A stretch of DNA of 58,931 bases, filler included, from Sphacelaria rigidula (lineage: Eukaryota): assembly GCA_964200075.2 (NCBI GenBank). It is 9 parts of 9 records of this genome, joined end to end, with 100 filler letters (N's around TTAATTAATTAA, not from the genome) between each part and the next. Parts side by side here need not be neighbours in the genome. Positions count along the whole stretch, not along the records: positions 32,797 to 39,255 come from CAXNAA020019952.1; positions 39,356 to 45,814 come from CAXNAA020019953.1; positions 45,915 to 52,373 come from CAXNAA020019954.1; 6 more parts are not named here. The stretch is one strand, 5' to 3'. The notes beneath the pieces are model-generated. The model had not been told where the DNA came from, ran no database searches, and was given only the letters and a program-made list of their open reading frames with translations. A program made the translations under genes and the position numbers. Shown here piece by piece: positions 38,101-50,492 of this stretch. How positions within the stretch are numbered: the first letter of the stretch is position 1; every line of letters starts with the position of its first letter.

Positions 38101-39190
38101 TAGTGGCATTGAGCTCCAAAACATTTCACACGAAGCGTTGGCTTTTCTGAGTGGTAGTTTCAAGCCTTCACAGTTGCGGTGGGCAACAGTGGACAAGGAA
38201 AGTTTCGCGATAGTCAATAGCGTTCACAGTTGCGGTGGGCGACAGTGGACAAGGAAGGTTTCGCGGTAGTCAATGCATTTCGAAGGCTAGAATACTCGCT
38301 TTGGGGTGGTGATCGCATTTTCAACGATCATCGCAGTCTTGAGCACATTTGTAACCCCGAAGAGTGTGTCACATCGGTGACGAAGGTCATGGCACAACGG
38401 CTTGGAATTGGAGAGGAGTACTAGGCCAATATCGGTATGCCATTGGACATATTCCTGGAGAGCGCAATTGTTGGGGAGATTTGTTGTCTCGCTCTACCGT
38501 GCCTGTTCGTTCTGTTGCCGTGTACAGCCCTTGTGATGCCGATGCGCAGCGCAAAACAGTCGGCGACGGTGTTTATTCTTTTTCTACGACTTTTGGTCAA
38601 GCTACTTTGGCTGACGATGGTTTGTTTCGCGTGCGTGTTGGCAGTAGTGATGTTTTGTGGATTCCGTCGGATGATAAGGTGAACACACTCGCTTGATGGT
38701 GTGCGCTAACATGCGGTCGGCTAGTCACCGTGGTGTGGCGCCGACGCTGTTTCGTCTGAAAGAATATTGTGTGTGGCCTCACATGGATTCCCACGTTCGC
38801 GAGTTCGTTCGCCAGTATTTGAATTGTGTAGACACTCGTGCTGGTGAGATTGTACCTCGTCCGTATGGCGATACTGTGCATGGTACTGCACCAGGTGAAG
38901 TTGTTCACTTTGTTTTTCTGTGCGACGGAAGTAGCGGACCTGAAGTTGCTAATGATTGCCTGAGGAGGATGTTTTTCGGTACGTTTTGGTTATCATGGAT
39001 TATTTATCCAATTTCGTTTGGTTGGACCCGGCCGAGCCTTGTACCGCCGAGGTTACGGCTAAGCACTTGCTCTATTGGTGCAAGACTGTGGGGGTGCCGC
39101 GTGTTTGGGTTGGTGATACCGCCACGTACTTCAAGAATCGAGTGATCGCGCAGCTGAGCGATGCGCTCAAGGTGCAACACCAATTTAACA
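35200..39190 (+). mobile_element. Decayed Ty3/gypsy gag-pol (zinc knuckle, protease, RT, RNase H, integrase)
   Basis: *YNCGDTRHMIKDCPK knuckle (~35862). ILDTGSALT protease (~36415). FAKLDLLQGYWQMPL and VDDV RT (37171-37758). DASDFRWG RNase H (~38040). HRGV..WPHMDSHVREFVRQYLNC and YVLVIMDYLSNFVWL integrase. The PR-RT-RH-IN order indicates gypsy. Many stops. Confidence 0.93.
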
Positions 39191-39255
39191 ACAAATTGTG
39201 CGAATTGAGGTTTAACTCCGAGATGAGGTTCAAGCCCAAAACAGTGCTTTCTCCA

Positions 39256-39355
39256 NNNNNNNNNNNNNNNNNNNNNNNNNNNNNNNNNNNNNNNNNNNNT
39301 TAATTAATTAANNNNNNNNNNNNNNNNNNNNNNNNNNNNNNNNNNNNNNNNNNNN
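39256..39355. other. Artificial contig linker
   Basis: 44N-TTAATTAATTAA-44N. Confidence 0.98.
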
Positions 39356-40526
39356 CGTGGATACCCCTTTGACCAGCGATCAACTTCTTTCTCCCTTTTG
39401 GGCAATCAGGCCGAAGAAATCATGAATCTGGTGATTTTGAGTCGTAATGATTTGTCCTAACCATGCAATTTTCTATGATGATTTTGAAATCACAATTCTA
39501 AAAATTGCACTGAAAGAGTGAGACGAGGTTCGAGAGCATTGTCTGTTTCTTCTTAAACTCCTCTAGAGAACGAAACAAAATGAAATACGGAAACTGAAGA
39601 ACGAAAAATGTTTTTTTCGTTAGTCACCGGTCATTCTCCATACAAAATTTCGAACCACAACTCTCAGAAACTGAGCCGCGATATCCAGATTTGGTGCATT
39701 TAGTGTCTCTTCTCGTAATAAATATATCGATTTTAGAGTCGAGCCTCATGTGCGCCATGTCTCGAGATCGATGACGAATTAGGCGAAGGTGAGGGTATCG
39801 ATCATTTCCCCGTGCTCCAGGAAATGTCCACACCAAAAATCTTCATCCGGTGTGTAAATCGTTTGGGGTTTCATAAAGACTTGAATGTCGATGCTATCTC
39901 CGTACGGTATAGGGATTACTAGATATGGGGTCTAATCAACGAGAAAAATTGGCCCAGACTTCTGAGCAGATGGGCAGCTTCCTCTTGACTGGACGAGTAA
40001 TACGATATACGGATCTCAGCCCAACTCTTCTGCGTCGACGAGATATTGCGTTGAGAGCTCAAATTCTCGTCTAGGCCGGCCGAGTTCGTAGCTCATCCTA
40101 ACAAAAATGTCCATCGGCGAGTTTTTGGACGGGAATGGACCGAGGTCGGAATTATTCGGTATCAACACGGGGGTTTACAAATTGTGGATGGATTCTTTTG
40201 AGGACTGAGTGGGGCCACACGTCGCGTCCGCAGAGTACATTTACTTTCTTATTATTTGATGCCCACGAGGGTTCCCAAGGTTCATCCTCAGTGAGAAATC
40301 CATCCTCAACTTGTAAAGTCCCGTTTTGAACCATGTGTTGCCGCTCATTTTAAAAACAGCCCTACGTCTATGGTCCGGTTAGTCTGTCGACGAAACCTGG
40401 AGACTGCATGTACGCGAAAATGCTGGGCGTCACGCGGGGTGACGCTCATGAAGCGGGAGCCACAGTAAAACCAATGGACGACCTGTGCTTGTGCGGTACA
40501 GTAGGCAGGAATAGGCAGGGACGCCT

Positions 40527-40904
40527 CGCCCCGGTGGTGTAATGGTCCGACTGTCGCCATTAGGGTGGAGAGAACGAGGGTTCGATTCCCGATGTGTTTT
40601 TTTTTTCTCCGCAGTATGTGGTTTCCACCGTGGAAAGCGTGAGAACGCGAGTAAACAAAACCGTCGACTGAGTTTGTTTGACGTGAGTTGACGCGGTGCG
40701 GGAGTGCTGATCCAATTCGCGAGACCAAAATGTAAGGCGTGTACCGGGGAGCGATGGGTTGATCCCTTCAGACCACGGACTCGTCCCGAGGAAGGGGAGG
40801 GGTTCAATGTGCGACAAATAAAATAATAATCATAATCATAATCATAACCATAATCATAATCATAATCATAACAATAACAATAACAATAACAATAACAAAA
40901 ACAA
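40527..40904 (+). mobile_element. tRNA-derived SINE with an (AATCAT)n/(AATAAC)n tail
   Basis: A box TGGTGTAATGG (40535-40545), B box GGTTCGATTCC (40579-40589), a ~230-bp body, then a microsatellite at 40816-40904. Confidence 0.7.
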
Positions 40905-43900
40905 TGTGAGGAAGGCGTATCGCTAGAGTAGTCAGAGACCTACGGGGGAGACTGCCGTCCTGATGCCGAAGGAACTCCGAGGCTGGCGATGATCTCCTCT
41001 TGTAAGATGTGGGCAAGAAGTGGATCAGACAAGGAATGGTCGCCAGAGGCGACCAGTTCCTTGGGGGATGTTGGACTGTCCTAATATTAGGCTTTCCCTG
41101 GCATCACCCCGAGTTGTCTAGTTTCGTTGGCATTACAGGGTCCTCAGTAGTCTGGTCCATCCGGACCGTTCGTACCTCGTACCTGCTTGCGCTGGTTCTT
41201 CATATATGTGTGGCATCAGTCTTTGATATGTCACTGTAAAGAGGTATCTTCCATGTTTCCACCCTCCTTATGCGCCTCAAGCCCATCAGAACTGTGGTTG
41301 GTGCGACGAGGTGATCATCAGTTTTGCTGATGATATCATCGTGGAAGTATCTTTGAGTGGCAATCATTGATTGCGTCACGCCACCGCTAATCGCAAAGGC
41401 AGCCCTTCCCTATACTGTGGTATTGAGTATACACCCCCAGTAAATTTCAGCTAGCTGTGGTCAGTAACAGTGCATGCATTGCAAACTCTTTAATTTTGGC
41501 TCCATCTATCCTGTAGCCGTGTCATATGTCACATGTTTACATCAGATGTATTTGCACTTGGGTACTGGTTGCATCTGCTGGTATGTATGTATGGCTGGGC
41601 ACTGGGACACTGATCGGTCCACGGGCGCCTGGGTTATTCATGTCCGGGTTCTGGGATGCCTTTGGTTCTGCTGACACCGGCGTGGGGTTAAGCTCTCGGG
41701 TTAGTAACGAGGCGGTGTTTAAGATGTTTTAAATTTGTGAGCATTGTGCTCTTTTGGCTACACACCGTCAACCTGACCCTTGCTTCTTGTCATTTTGTGT
41801 CATGTAGCTGTGTCATGTGTGGCATTTTGTTGTTATGGGATGCTTGTGCACTTTGGTGCTGGCTGCATCAGTTACTTATACATGACTAGGCACTGGGACA
41901 CTGACAGGTCTACGAGCGCTTGAGGTATTCATGCCCGGGTTCTGGGATGCCTTCGGTCCCACTGACACCGGAGTAGGACAAAGTCCTCGTGTTAGTATCA
42001 AATCGGTTTTTCATGCGAGCATCGTGCTCTTTGATAAAACATCAACATGATGTTTGCCTATTAACATTTTGTGGCATGTAAGCGTGTCATATGGGACATA
42101 TTTCCACGATATACCTTTGCACCCTGGTGCTGGATGCATCTGCTGTTTTTAAGTGCCTGGGCACTGGGACTCTGATCGGTCCACGGGCGCCTGGGTTATT
42201 CATGTCCGGGTTCTGGGATACCCTCGGTTCCGCTGACACCGGGGTAGGACAAAGTCCTCGCATTAGTAACAAAGCGGTGGGTATGGTGTTTATCTTGCGA
42301 GCATTTTGCTCTTTAGTTAAACATCATCGAAATGTTCTGCGCTTCTTGTCAGCAACTACTCCCATTGCTTAGAGGCTATCTTCCTTAGGAAGTTGCACAC
42401 CCGTCACCGCTGACACATCAGATATTCTTTCATTCATGTCTGCATTGTTCTAACGTCGTTTTGTTTTGGTGGTGACTCTCATCGATCTCCGAATTTCGAC
42501 CTCAGGCAATTGCTCAACCCTCATGCGTTTTGCTAGGACGCTCGAACAGTCTGTTGAACAGTCACATCCGTTTTCGTTTTCCGGTATTTTTTGGATTTCG
42601 ACACCGGATGTGAGCACTCAGCTAACTCATTGTCATGACGGTATATATCGATGAGGTGTTCTATTGTAAGTTGCGTTTTGACTGGCTGGTCTCTCTCTGG
42701 GAGAGGTATCCGCTTCCCTAGAAACAACTCGCTCGATTTATCGAAATCTGATGCGGGTGGGGTTTCTCGCGGACGGTATTTCTTCAAGTGAGCGAGACGT
42801 ACTTTTCGAGTCGTCGCCTATTTTTATTCTGTACACAACCGGCGATCGTCTCTCGGTTATCATGAAAGGTCTTCTCCATGGTAATTGGAGTTTCCGGTTC
42901 GGCCCTTCGGAATCCTGGTATGGTTGGTACATGAGTACTTTTTGCCCGGGTTCGAACACTAGGAACTGTTTCAATTTGTTTTTGTTTCCTTGCTCATTCG
43001 CTCGTAATCTCAAATCCGAAGTGTAGGTTTCCCGTGGTTCTTCGGAAAATTCTTCGGGTGTTGAAGCTTTTCCCGGATGCCAAATGTGATACAACTCTAT
43101 CGATAAAAGTTCTGGCTATCGACGTGGCTTGTTTCTTTGGTACCGGAATGAGCAACGCATACCCTGTGATGTGGTCCATTACGGACAGTGCTTATCTACA
43201 CAGTACTCCAGCCCTGGACATCGAAGTTGATATGTATTCGACTAGGTCTGCCGGCACCCTTTCGTGTGGCCGTCCTACCGGAACGTGTCCCATCGGCAAA
43301 CTTTGGCCGGTTGTGGACCGTTTTTTTCGGCGTTGGCAACCCTGATACGGTGTACGTACTCCCGTGTTCGCTCTTTTTGCATTTTACTTTTTTCGTCGTT
43401 GACTGAAAACCCTCGGTCACTTTGCACCGGCTACAAATGGTTGAGCTTCTCAGCTGATATTTGATATTTGTACTGTGGTTCAACTACTTGTAACGCAGGG
43501 TCTTCTGGTACGTTACGGCATATTGGCGTAAGCAACGGCTTAATTTCTGCTTCTTATCGCTTTTCAAACGCAAACAGCCGTGAGAGGGTGTCCGGAATAC
43601 CATGAAGTTTCCCCGGTTTTTGTCTCATATTATTATTATGATGAAGTTTCTCCGGTTTTTCGTCTCTTGTATTGAGGTGATATAGCGTAAAAATAGTATT
43701 GCGCTTCGGGTTCACATGTCGGCTCGACGGGTTGGCGATTTGTACCATTTCCGTTTTATTCGTCGCTGACCACGTGCATGCTGTCCTTGCAACAATAATG
43801 CGCGTGGATGCTTGAGCTATATCAGACGATCGAATGTCTTCCTCGGTTATTATGCGTGGCTCCACGACAGCTGCTGTTGTTCTTGACGGGGTATCTTCCG

Positions 43901-45756
43901 TTTCAACTAATACGGCCATCTCACACTGCGGAGGCACACTGCACTTTTTCGTTAGAAAGACTGGAACAGGATTTGAACACTTCCCCGAACAACAGAACAA
44001 TGTGTCATGTCGGAGCGTGTTGTTTTTTGTGAACCCTGTTTTCGATGCAATGCTTGGATTTTTATACTAGAGTCACGGAATGTCAATTCTCCCGCTTGTC
44101 AATCGACGTAAGCTCGAAACGACTGAACCCTGGGATTTTTATGGGGGAACCGTCCGCGCTTCTGAGATCCATGAATCCCGGCGGTGCTGGTTTCATATCA
44201 GCTGCCATCATGGCCGGGTGTTCATCTGTGAACTTTTTGCTGATACATGATACATCTACTGCGGAATCGATTGTGATTATTTTCCGCGGGGTACCATTCA
44301 CTCTGGCTGCGACTCTAACGCGTACTGATGCACAGGATATTGCTGAGAGCGTATCTGTATACCTGGAGTAGCAATGATGAGTTGTATGAGTCATAACATC
44401 AGTGGTCGTCCCAGATCGGGTTAAAAAAGGAAGACTGGTGTTTCAATTTGGAACAAATAGCCCCTGCTTAAACCACTGTTGTTTTTTTCTGCCTGCCGGT
44501 TGAACATGTGTCAGCGCGGAATGTAACGTTACCGATTCATTGGGGCACGTCGGAGAATGTAGCATGGTGAGAGCCTCATCAAGTTGAGCTTCATTTTCGA
44601 CGATGATGGCACTTTGTTCGATGTATTGCTTTTTCCACGGCTGCTCCTAGTATGTACTTTCACATCACAACTGAGGGCTGTTTTGGTGTCCCTCTGGAGG
44701 AGTTACTGTACTGACTAGGGAACCCCCTTCTGTCCGATATTTTTTTCACTATACGGTTGACACTTTTCTCCATTTCATGCGTACTGAGGTGTGGAGTACT
44801 GAACTGTCTGTAGCTTTCAGCTCCTCTCAACCTGAGAGGTGAGATGCGGTAAAATCGTCCCATACACCTCCTTCTTTCGCTTGCTAAATGGTGGGGAATG
44901 ACAAGGTCGTGCATTCGCAGGTTGGGTACATTTTTTTTGTTTGTGCTATTTCGAGTCGCCGCGTTTCCAGAGATCGGCCTTCTTGATTAATTGCCGTGCC
45001 TTTCGCTCTGTGGTGGTGAAAGATTGGTTGAAAAATGTGGCTTCGCTGTTTTTTTAGCCATTCTGGTGACATCTAATGCACGCTGATGATACTAATTTCG
45101 CGTTTTCGCTGTTTGATTAGCCCTGCAGGTGACCTATACTGCACACTGAGGAGTCTAACTTTGCGTTTCGCTATTTGGTTAGCTATGCGGGTGACCTATA
45201 CTGCACACTGACGGGGCTAATTTCGCGTTGACCTCAATCACATACCTCTTAACTCGAATGATTACGCACATGACCCATACGCTTCACCTGGAGTAGTATT
45301 CCTTCGAGGATCCTAGTGTTTCCGGTGACGGGAGCAGTCGGTTCTCGTTCTACTTTTTCACTTCTACGCCCTGTCTTGCCTGGGTTCTTTTTCGGGTGTC
45401 GCCAATGTGAGGAAGGCGTATCGCTAGAGTGGTCAGAGACCTACGGGGGAGACTCCCGTCCTGATGCCGAAGGAACTCCGAGGCTGGCGATGATCTCCTC
45501 TTGTAAGATGTAGACAAGAAGTGGATCAGACAAGGAGTGGTCGCCAGAGGCGACCAGTTCCTTGGGGGATGTTGGACCGCCCTAATATTAGGCTTTCCCT
45601 GGCATCACCCCGAGTTGTCTAGTTTCGTTGGCATTACAGGGTCCTCAGTAGTCTGGTCCATCCGGACCGTTCGTACCTCGTACCTGCTTGCGCTGGTTCT
45701 TCATACATGTGTGGCATCAGTCTTTGATATGTCACTGTAAAGAGGTATCTTCCACA
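40905..45756 (-). mobile_element. Internally deleted Ty3/gypsy element (4852 bp); LTRs 40905-41255 and 45406-45756
   Basis: Two 351-bp LTRs with about 10 differences. PBS TGGCGACACCCG lies next to 45406 on the minus strand and PPT AAGGAGGGTGGAAA next to 41255. Protease ITIDSAVDVSCIS (~44270), RNase H tail KPGKLHGIPDTLSRL (~43575-43620), integrase RPHERVPADL..DHITGYALLIP and GPY/F-like KLQLPWRRPFMI. No RT core is seen. Confidence 0.93.
41518..42355. repeat. Three diverged ~275-290-bp tandem units in the 3' region of the LTR element
   Basis: ggcactgggac.ctga..ggtc.acg.gcgc.tg.g.tattcatg.ccgggttctgggat occurs at ~41598, 41889 and 42160. Confidence 0.9.
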
Positions 45757-45777
45757 TAATAATGATAATAATAATAA

Positions 45778-45814
45778 CTAGTGGTAAGCCACGGCTAACG
45801 CGCGTGGCAGCAGT
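45778..45814 (-). mobile_element. Helitron-like 3' terminus (hairpin + CTAG|T)
   Basis: Minus strand reads GCCACG-cgcgttagc-CGTGGC-ttacca-CTAG followed by T. The rest is cut off by the contig end. Confidence 0.55.
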
Positions 45815-45914
45815 NNNNNNNNNNNNNNNNNNNNNNNNNNNNNNNNNNNNNNNNNNNNTTAATTAATTAANNNNNNNNNNNNNNNNNNNNNNNNNNNNNN
45901 NNNNNNNNNNNNNN
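45815..45914. other. Artificial contig linker
   Basis: 44N-TTAATTAATTAA-44N. Confidence 0.98.
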
Positions 45915-45984
45915 GGTCTTTCGTGCAAGATAGATATGCCACTTCAGCCCCATATTTTGTTTGAACCCCAAAATATAAAATCGG

Positions 45985-46510
45985 CTGTTCAGTGATAGTT
46001 TGCTCGTGACTGGACGGTCCGGAACGGATTTGTCCGACGTATATGTGTGTGTGGAAAAACACAGCGAACTGTCTCGACCCAACAAAACATCAAAATACAT
46101 GAAACCATCGGGTACAACTAGTGCCCATACGGATAACCGAACAGTGGGAGTAGTATCCTGGAAGAATCGTGCACTTAGTCTCATCGATTGATGAACCGTA
46201 AGAGATGTGGAGAAGCCAAACCCGCCAAAAACACGAGGGTGCACGGTGGAAAGACAATGCTCGTCCGCCGCGCCCGCGTTGATCATTTGTTACCAGCAAC
46301 TGGCTGTAATGAACGTTTGAGGCGAAGCTGAATCTGGTAGTGCAAGAGCTATCAAATTAAACTTTGCACGCGCTCCACTATGTAAACCCATCTTGGTCGT
46401 GAAAGAGGCATCATCCATAGTTGTAGTACCACTGACGAGATCGGGCCCGAATTCGGGTAAGACATCTGACACATCTTGCTTTGCGTTTTGAACGTTGGTG
46501 CTGAAATACA
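45985..46510 (-). mobile_element. Gypsy protease-region fragment related to the element at 16230-16700
   Basis: PEFGPDLVSG..DSASPQTFI..PRVFGGFG..RLSARFFQDTTPTVRLSVWALVVPDG..VLLGRDS parallels EHGPDLVGG..DSGSPQTFI..PRVWGGFG..RLSVQFFHNTTRSVSLAVWAYVVPD..LLMGRDS. Confidence 0.85.
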
Positions 46511-46516
46511 CTCAAC

Positions 46517-46640
46517 AGTCGATTTTAAATTTTGGGGTTGATCTCTAAAATGGGGTTGGAGTGGCATTTCTCTCTTGCAGGAAAGACGCGAAACACTTGC
46601 GACCTAGCGAAGCCATCTTCCCCCCCAAAATGTCCGCAGC
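46517..46640 (+). repeat. Interspersed repeat shared with ~58738-58857
   Basis: cagtcgat..taa.ttttggggttga..aaaatg.ggttg.agt..catttctct.ttgcagg.aaga..cgaaa is present in both. Confidence 0.8.
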
Positions 46641-47544
46641 GTTGAGCAGCTGTGGCTGGGTGCACCTGTAACGAATGCGGTGTACACGCGTGTCGATGAC
46701 GATATCGCCAGAGAGAGAAGCAACGACAGAGAGGAAGCTCCTCGCCTGCGTCCTTTGTGTGACCCCGCTCGGTGATTACCAAACTCTCAAGAGACTGGTA
46801 TCATCGATCTTACCAGCATGTGCCAAATTTTTCATGTGCCAGAACATCGACGTCCGGAGAGATTCCGTCGTCTCTTCTTGCCTTTCGCCAACGCGAAGAT
46901 CGGTTTCTCTCTGCCTCTCCTTTTGGACAGGACGCGTCTCTGTGCGCTGAAAAGCAGGTCGTTGAAAAAATAGGGCAATGTTCTCGTCACCACTACTATT
47001 GTTCTCTGTCACACACATGCCAGCAAGGGCGGTGCTTCGGCCACAACAAATAGATTCAATTTGAACTTGGGGGGTGTTATTCATAATTGAGTTTACCCAC
47101 ACCTCCCCCGCCAACCGGGCGCCCGAGCAGAACACGCCAGTTGAGGGGAGTGTACCAGAGATCAAACACTTGCGGAGACCTTTTTGACATACGAAGTGAA
47201 AAAAAATACCCATCTATGGTGGTGACCTAACTGTTGCTAGCGTGGCGCATAGGCAATCTGCAGCACACGGTGGTCGCGTGGACAGCTCGGTACAGTAGGA
47301 GAAATAGCTTCCCCTAAGTAATAATTATTCCGATGTCAGGAGGACGTGGCCACCAAGTGGTCACGGTAACCAACTGCATCAAACTCGCAAGACCTGTGAA
47401 AGCTAGAGAGTTTGATTTTTATAATCTTCCAAGTTATGTATGGAGGGGGGGAAGATTAATCGAAAAGGACAGAACGGTTATGAACGATGAGCAAATGTGG
47501 ACATGGAAAAACGAAACTGAAAGAGTACATCACCATACAGTGTT

Positions 47545-48310
47545 TTTCGTCACGAAAACGGAGGTTCCTACACCTCGATACGCCACGTTCACACACATAC
47601 ATGACCACTCCGCTCACATCACCATAGAAATTGTTTTTTACACCTCCGTTCGCGTTTACAGGCACTCCGACTCCTGCATACACTCGGTTCGTCGATACGT
47701 TACCTTGCCGAGCATTCTTTGCTTCGTCTGGGTTTGAGTGAAAGCCGGGCGAATGTCCGTAATGAGGTGAGAGTAAAATGCTGCGCTCTCGTTGCATCGG
47801 TACAATTATATATACTTACTCAGTCCGTTGGTACATCATGTAGGGCTAGGATTCAAGCATTCTTCGCCCCCTCCCGTTTCGAGTGAAGCTTGGGCGGCTG
47901 GCGATATGGATATGCGTGCAAAATGCTCCGCTCTCGTGCGTCCATGCACACATACGATACAATTTACGAATACAGCCGTTCCGGCAGCTGCAGATTGTAC
48001 CCCCTCCCACTCACATCATATATACGCTTTTTTTCCTACACGGAAACTGAAATACAGCCGTTCCGTCAGCTGCAGATTGTACCCCCTCCCGCTCACATCA
48101 TACATACGCTTTTTTTCCTACGCGAAAAGTGACCTTCCGACGCCTTCATACGCCACGTTCCAACACGTGCATTGACACCTGCACACGCTCAGTTCGTCGG
48201 TACATTACGTTGCCGAGCATTTTCTGCCCCCTCTCTTTTCGAGTAAAGGTCGGGCGAATATCGATAAGGAGGCGTTGGCAAATGCTGCGCTCCCGTGGGT
48301 TACAATTTTG
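47545..48310. repeat. Degenerate local repeat cluster (three diverged units plus an ~82-bp tandem duplication at 47969-48120)
   Basis: gcatt.tt..tt.gagt.aa..gggcg..aaatgct.cgctc.cgt occurs three times; aatacagccgttccg.cagctgcagattgtacccc occurs twice. Confidence 0.75.
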
Positions 48311-48321
48311 TGTACTTTGAA

Positions 48322-48571
48322 GACGCTTTCTACGATAGCCCCCCCAAAACACGTGGCTGGTTTGGAGAGGTAAAATCTACACATACATGTTGAATCGAAT
48401 TGAGAAGAGCCGAGCACAACGAGCAGCTGGGACTTCCCACGCTTGGCGTTGTTTTCGTCAATTTCGCCCATATGAAGCGCTTCATGCAGCCTGAAACCAA
48501 ACAGCAGAGCGCTGAATGACCATTTTCGTCGTGACAGGTTTGGGCTGGTTTTGGGGAGGGGCTATCGTAGA
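48322..48571 (-). mobile_element. Second copy of the MITE at 574-825, inverted
   Basis: TIRs tctacgatagcccc / ggggctatcgtaga. The internal gccgagcacaacgagcagctggga.ttcccacgcttgg is the reverse complement of ~708-746. Confidence 0.88.
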
Positions 48572-50455
48572 CTCCAAAGTATATTTATACTTACTATGTG
48601 TGCTTGCGCAAACAAACACTGGGATTTATTTTCTCTCCGATATCAGGGTTCGTGATGACCATAACTAAAGTGGCAAGGTCGTTCTTGAAGTTGAGCAATA
48701 TAAATAATATGTGGGTGTACACTACGACAGTATATTCACGCGTGAAATTTTGGCTGCTTGCTTTTTCCATTATTTTTCAACAATATCAAGTTGTTGATTG
48801 ATAATATTGCCAACAATTCTTGCTCTACATTATTTAGCCTATATCTCCTGCCCCAATTCCCCTTTCTCCTCTTTGCGCTCCCCTTCCAATCATCATCTCA
48901 ACTCAACAACAAACATCAGATAACAATCTACTCACACGATACAAAAAAGCAAGAACGCTTATTTTACGACACACCAAACGCCACGTATATATCCCACACA
49001 CACCCCACCCCCTCCCGGAAAAAAAACTCAACCATATCCATGTCTGGAAACTAAAATATATACTCATTATTGCTATATGCCCTACACCCTCCCCCTCTCA
49101 CTACCCGACCCGGCCCGCTTCTTTAAAAACCAAGAAAGAGGGGGGGGGGGGAATATGGCATTACGTATCTCTACCACAAACAAAGTTGTACATAATGCCA
49201 CGCACTTCGAACATAGTACACTCGTGAAGAGAGAGAGAGAGAGAACGAGCCGGGGCGAATACTATCGACATGATAGAACATCAAGAGCATGCCCACAAGA
49301 GGAGAAAAAACACTCACTCGCGAATTTTCCGCGAATTTTCACCAACCAAACGCATATCGATCGAGCTCTTTCCAGAAAATTCCACAACTTAACTTCTCCC
49401 CGCACGTCTTCGTTTTGTGCTTGCTGACCCACATGACCGAAAACGATATTGTGCAGGTGCACAACTGTACTGAAAGAGTATAGAAAAAACAATAACCCCT
49501 CGTCAAACCCTCCCGGTACCCTTCACCCGTACCCCTCTCTCATCGACCCCGCCTCCGTTTTGCCTAGAGTGGATTATTTAAGGCCGACTTTGGCGTAAAT
49601 ACTAACGTTAGTTCAGACAGCCAATGTTTTTTTCGATGTATTATTCAAGACACGCGGACCCCAAATAAGCTAACCATATACTTCCCGCATGTTTTCTCTT
49701 CGGTGAGTGCAGCATGATCCAAACCAATGTTCGTGGGCCCCGCTCCCTTCCCCAGAAAAAACACTACAGTCACAAATAGGGAGGGCAAGGACTGAGCGGA
49801 GAGGTGTTGTGCCTCGTGTACCAGAACCCTGAAAACTATCAACGCGACGGGGGGGGGGGGGGGGGACCCAACCGCCCCCCGCCCCCGAAAAAAAAAACCG
49901 CAAAAAACCAACAAACAAAACGCNNNNNNNNNNCGAGACAGACACGAAGGCTGTGGGCGATCGGGGGGGGGGGGGGGAGAGGAGAGGGGGAAACAAAACG
50001 GCACCAGGACACGGAAAAAAAAAGCGAGAAAAAGCAAGAAAAAAAACGGAAGAAAAAATCCATGCATCAATCCAAATATATACATTCGACATGGTCTGTA
50101 CCCGTGCAACCTGTCTCCTTGTTCCTCTCTCCTAAATCGATAATTTCGACATGTAAATCCCCGCCTGCCACCCATACCCCCCACCCCCGCAGATCAGGGA
50201 CAAAACAGGACAAGAGAGGTGAACAAATAACCCGGGGAGGCAGGGGAGGCAAGCATCCCAAGCTTACACGTCACCGTTTACATTTTCGCATCACTGACTA
50301 GCGGAAGTACAAGGCCCGATAACCGAATCGATTAGTCCGGTGTTCCCCCCCCACTCCTCCGCGAACACGGTTCAAAGTCGAAGTCTCAAGTCAAGGCTGC
50401 TTCGAGACCAATGCAAACTACCGACCGAACCGGCAGCGGGACGTGCAATCCAGGC

Positions 50456-50492
<37 letters not shown>

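Noticed and set aside
40527..40600. Functional tRNA gene
   Set aside because: A and B boxes are present, but the acceptor and anticodon stems do not pair convincingly. A body and microsatellite tail follow, as in a SINE.
49777..49829. AAA ATPase Walker B (VLVHEAQHLS)
   Set aside because: The key Asp is His and no Walker A was found nearby; this may be chance.
49804..50301. Gly/Pro/Lys-rich ORFs
   Set aside because: They are translations of homopolymer tracts and span a 10-N gap (49924-49933).
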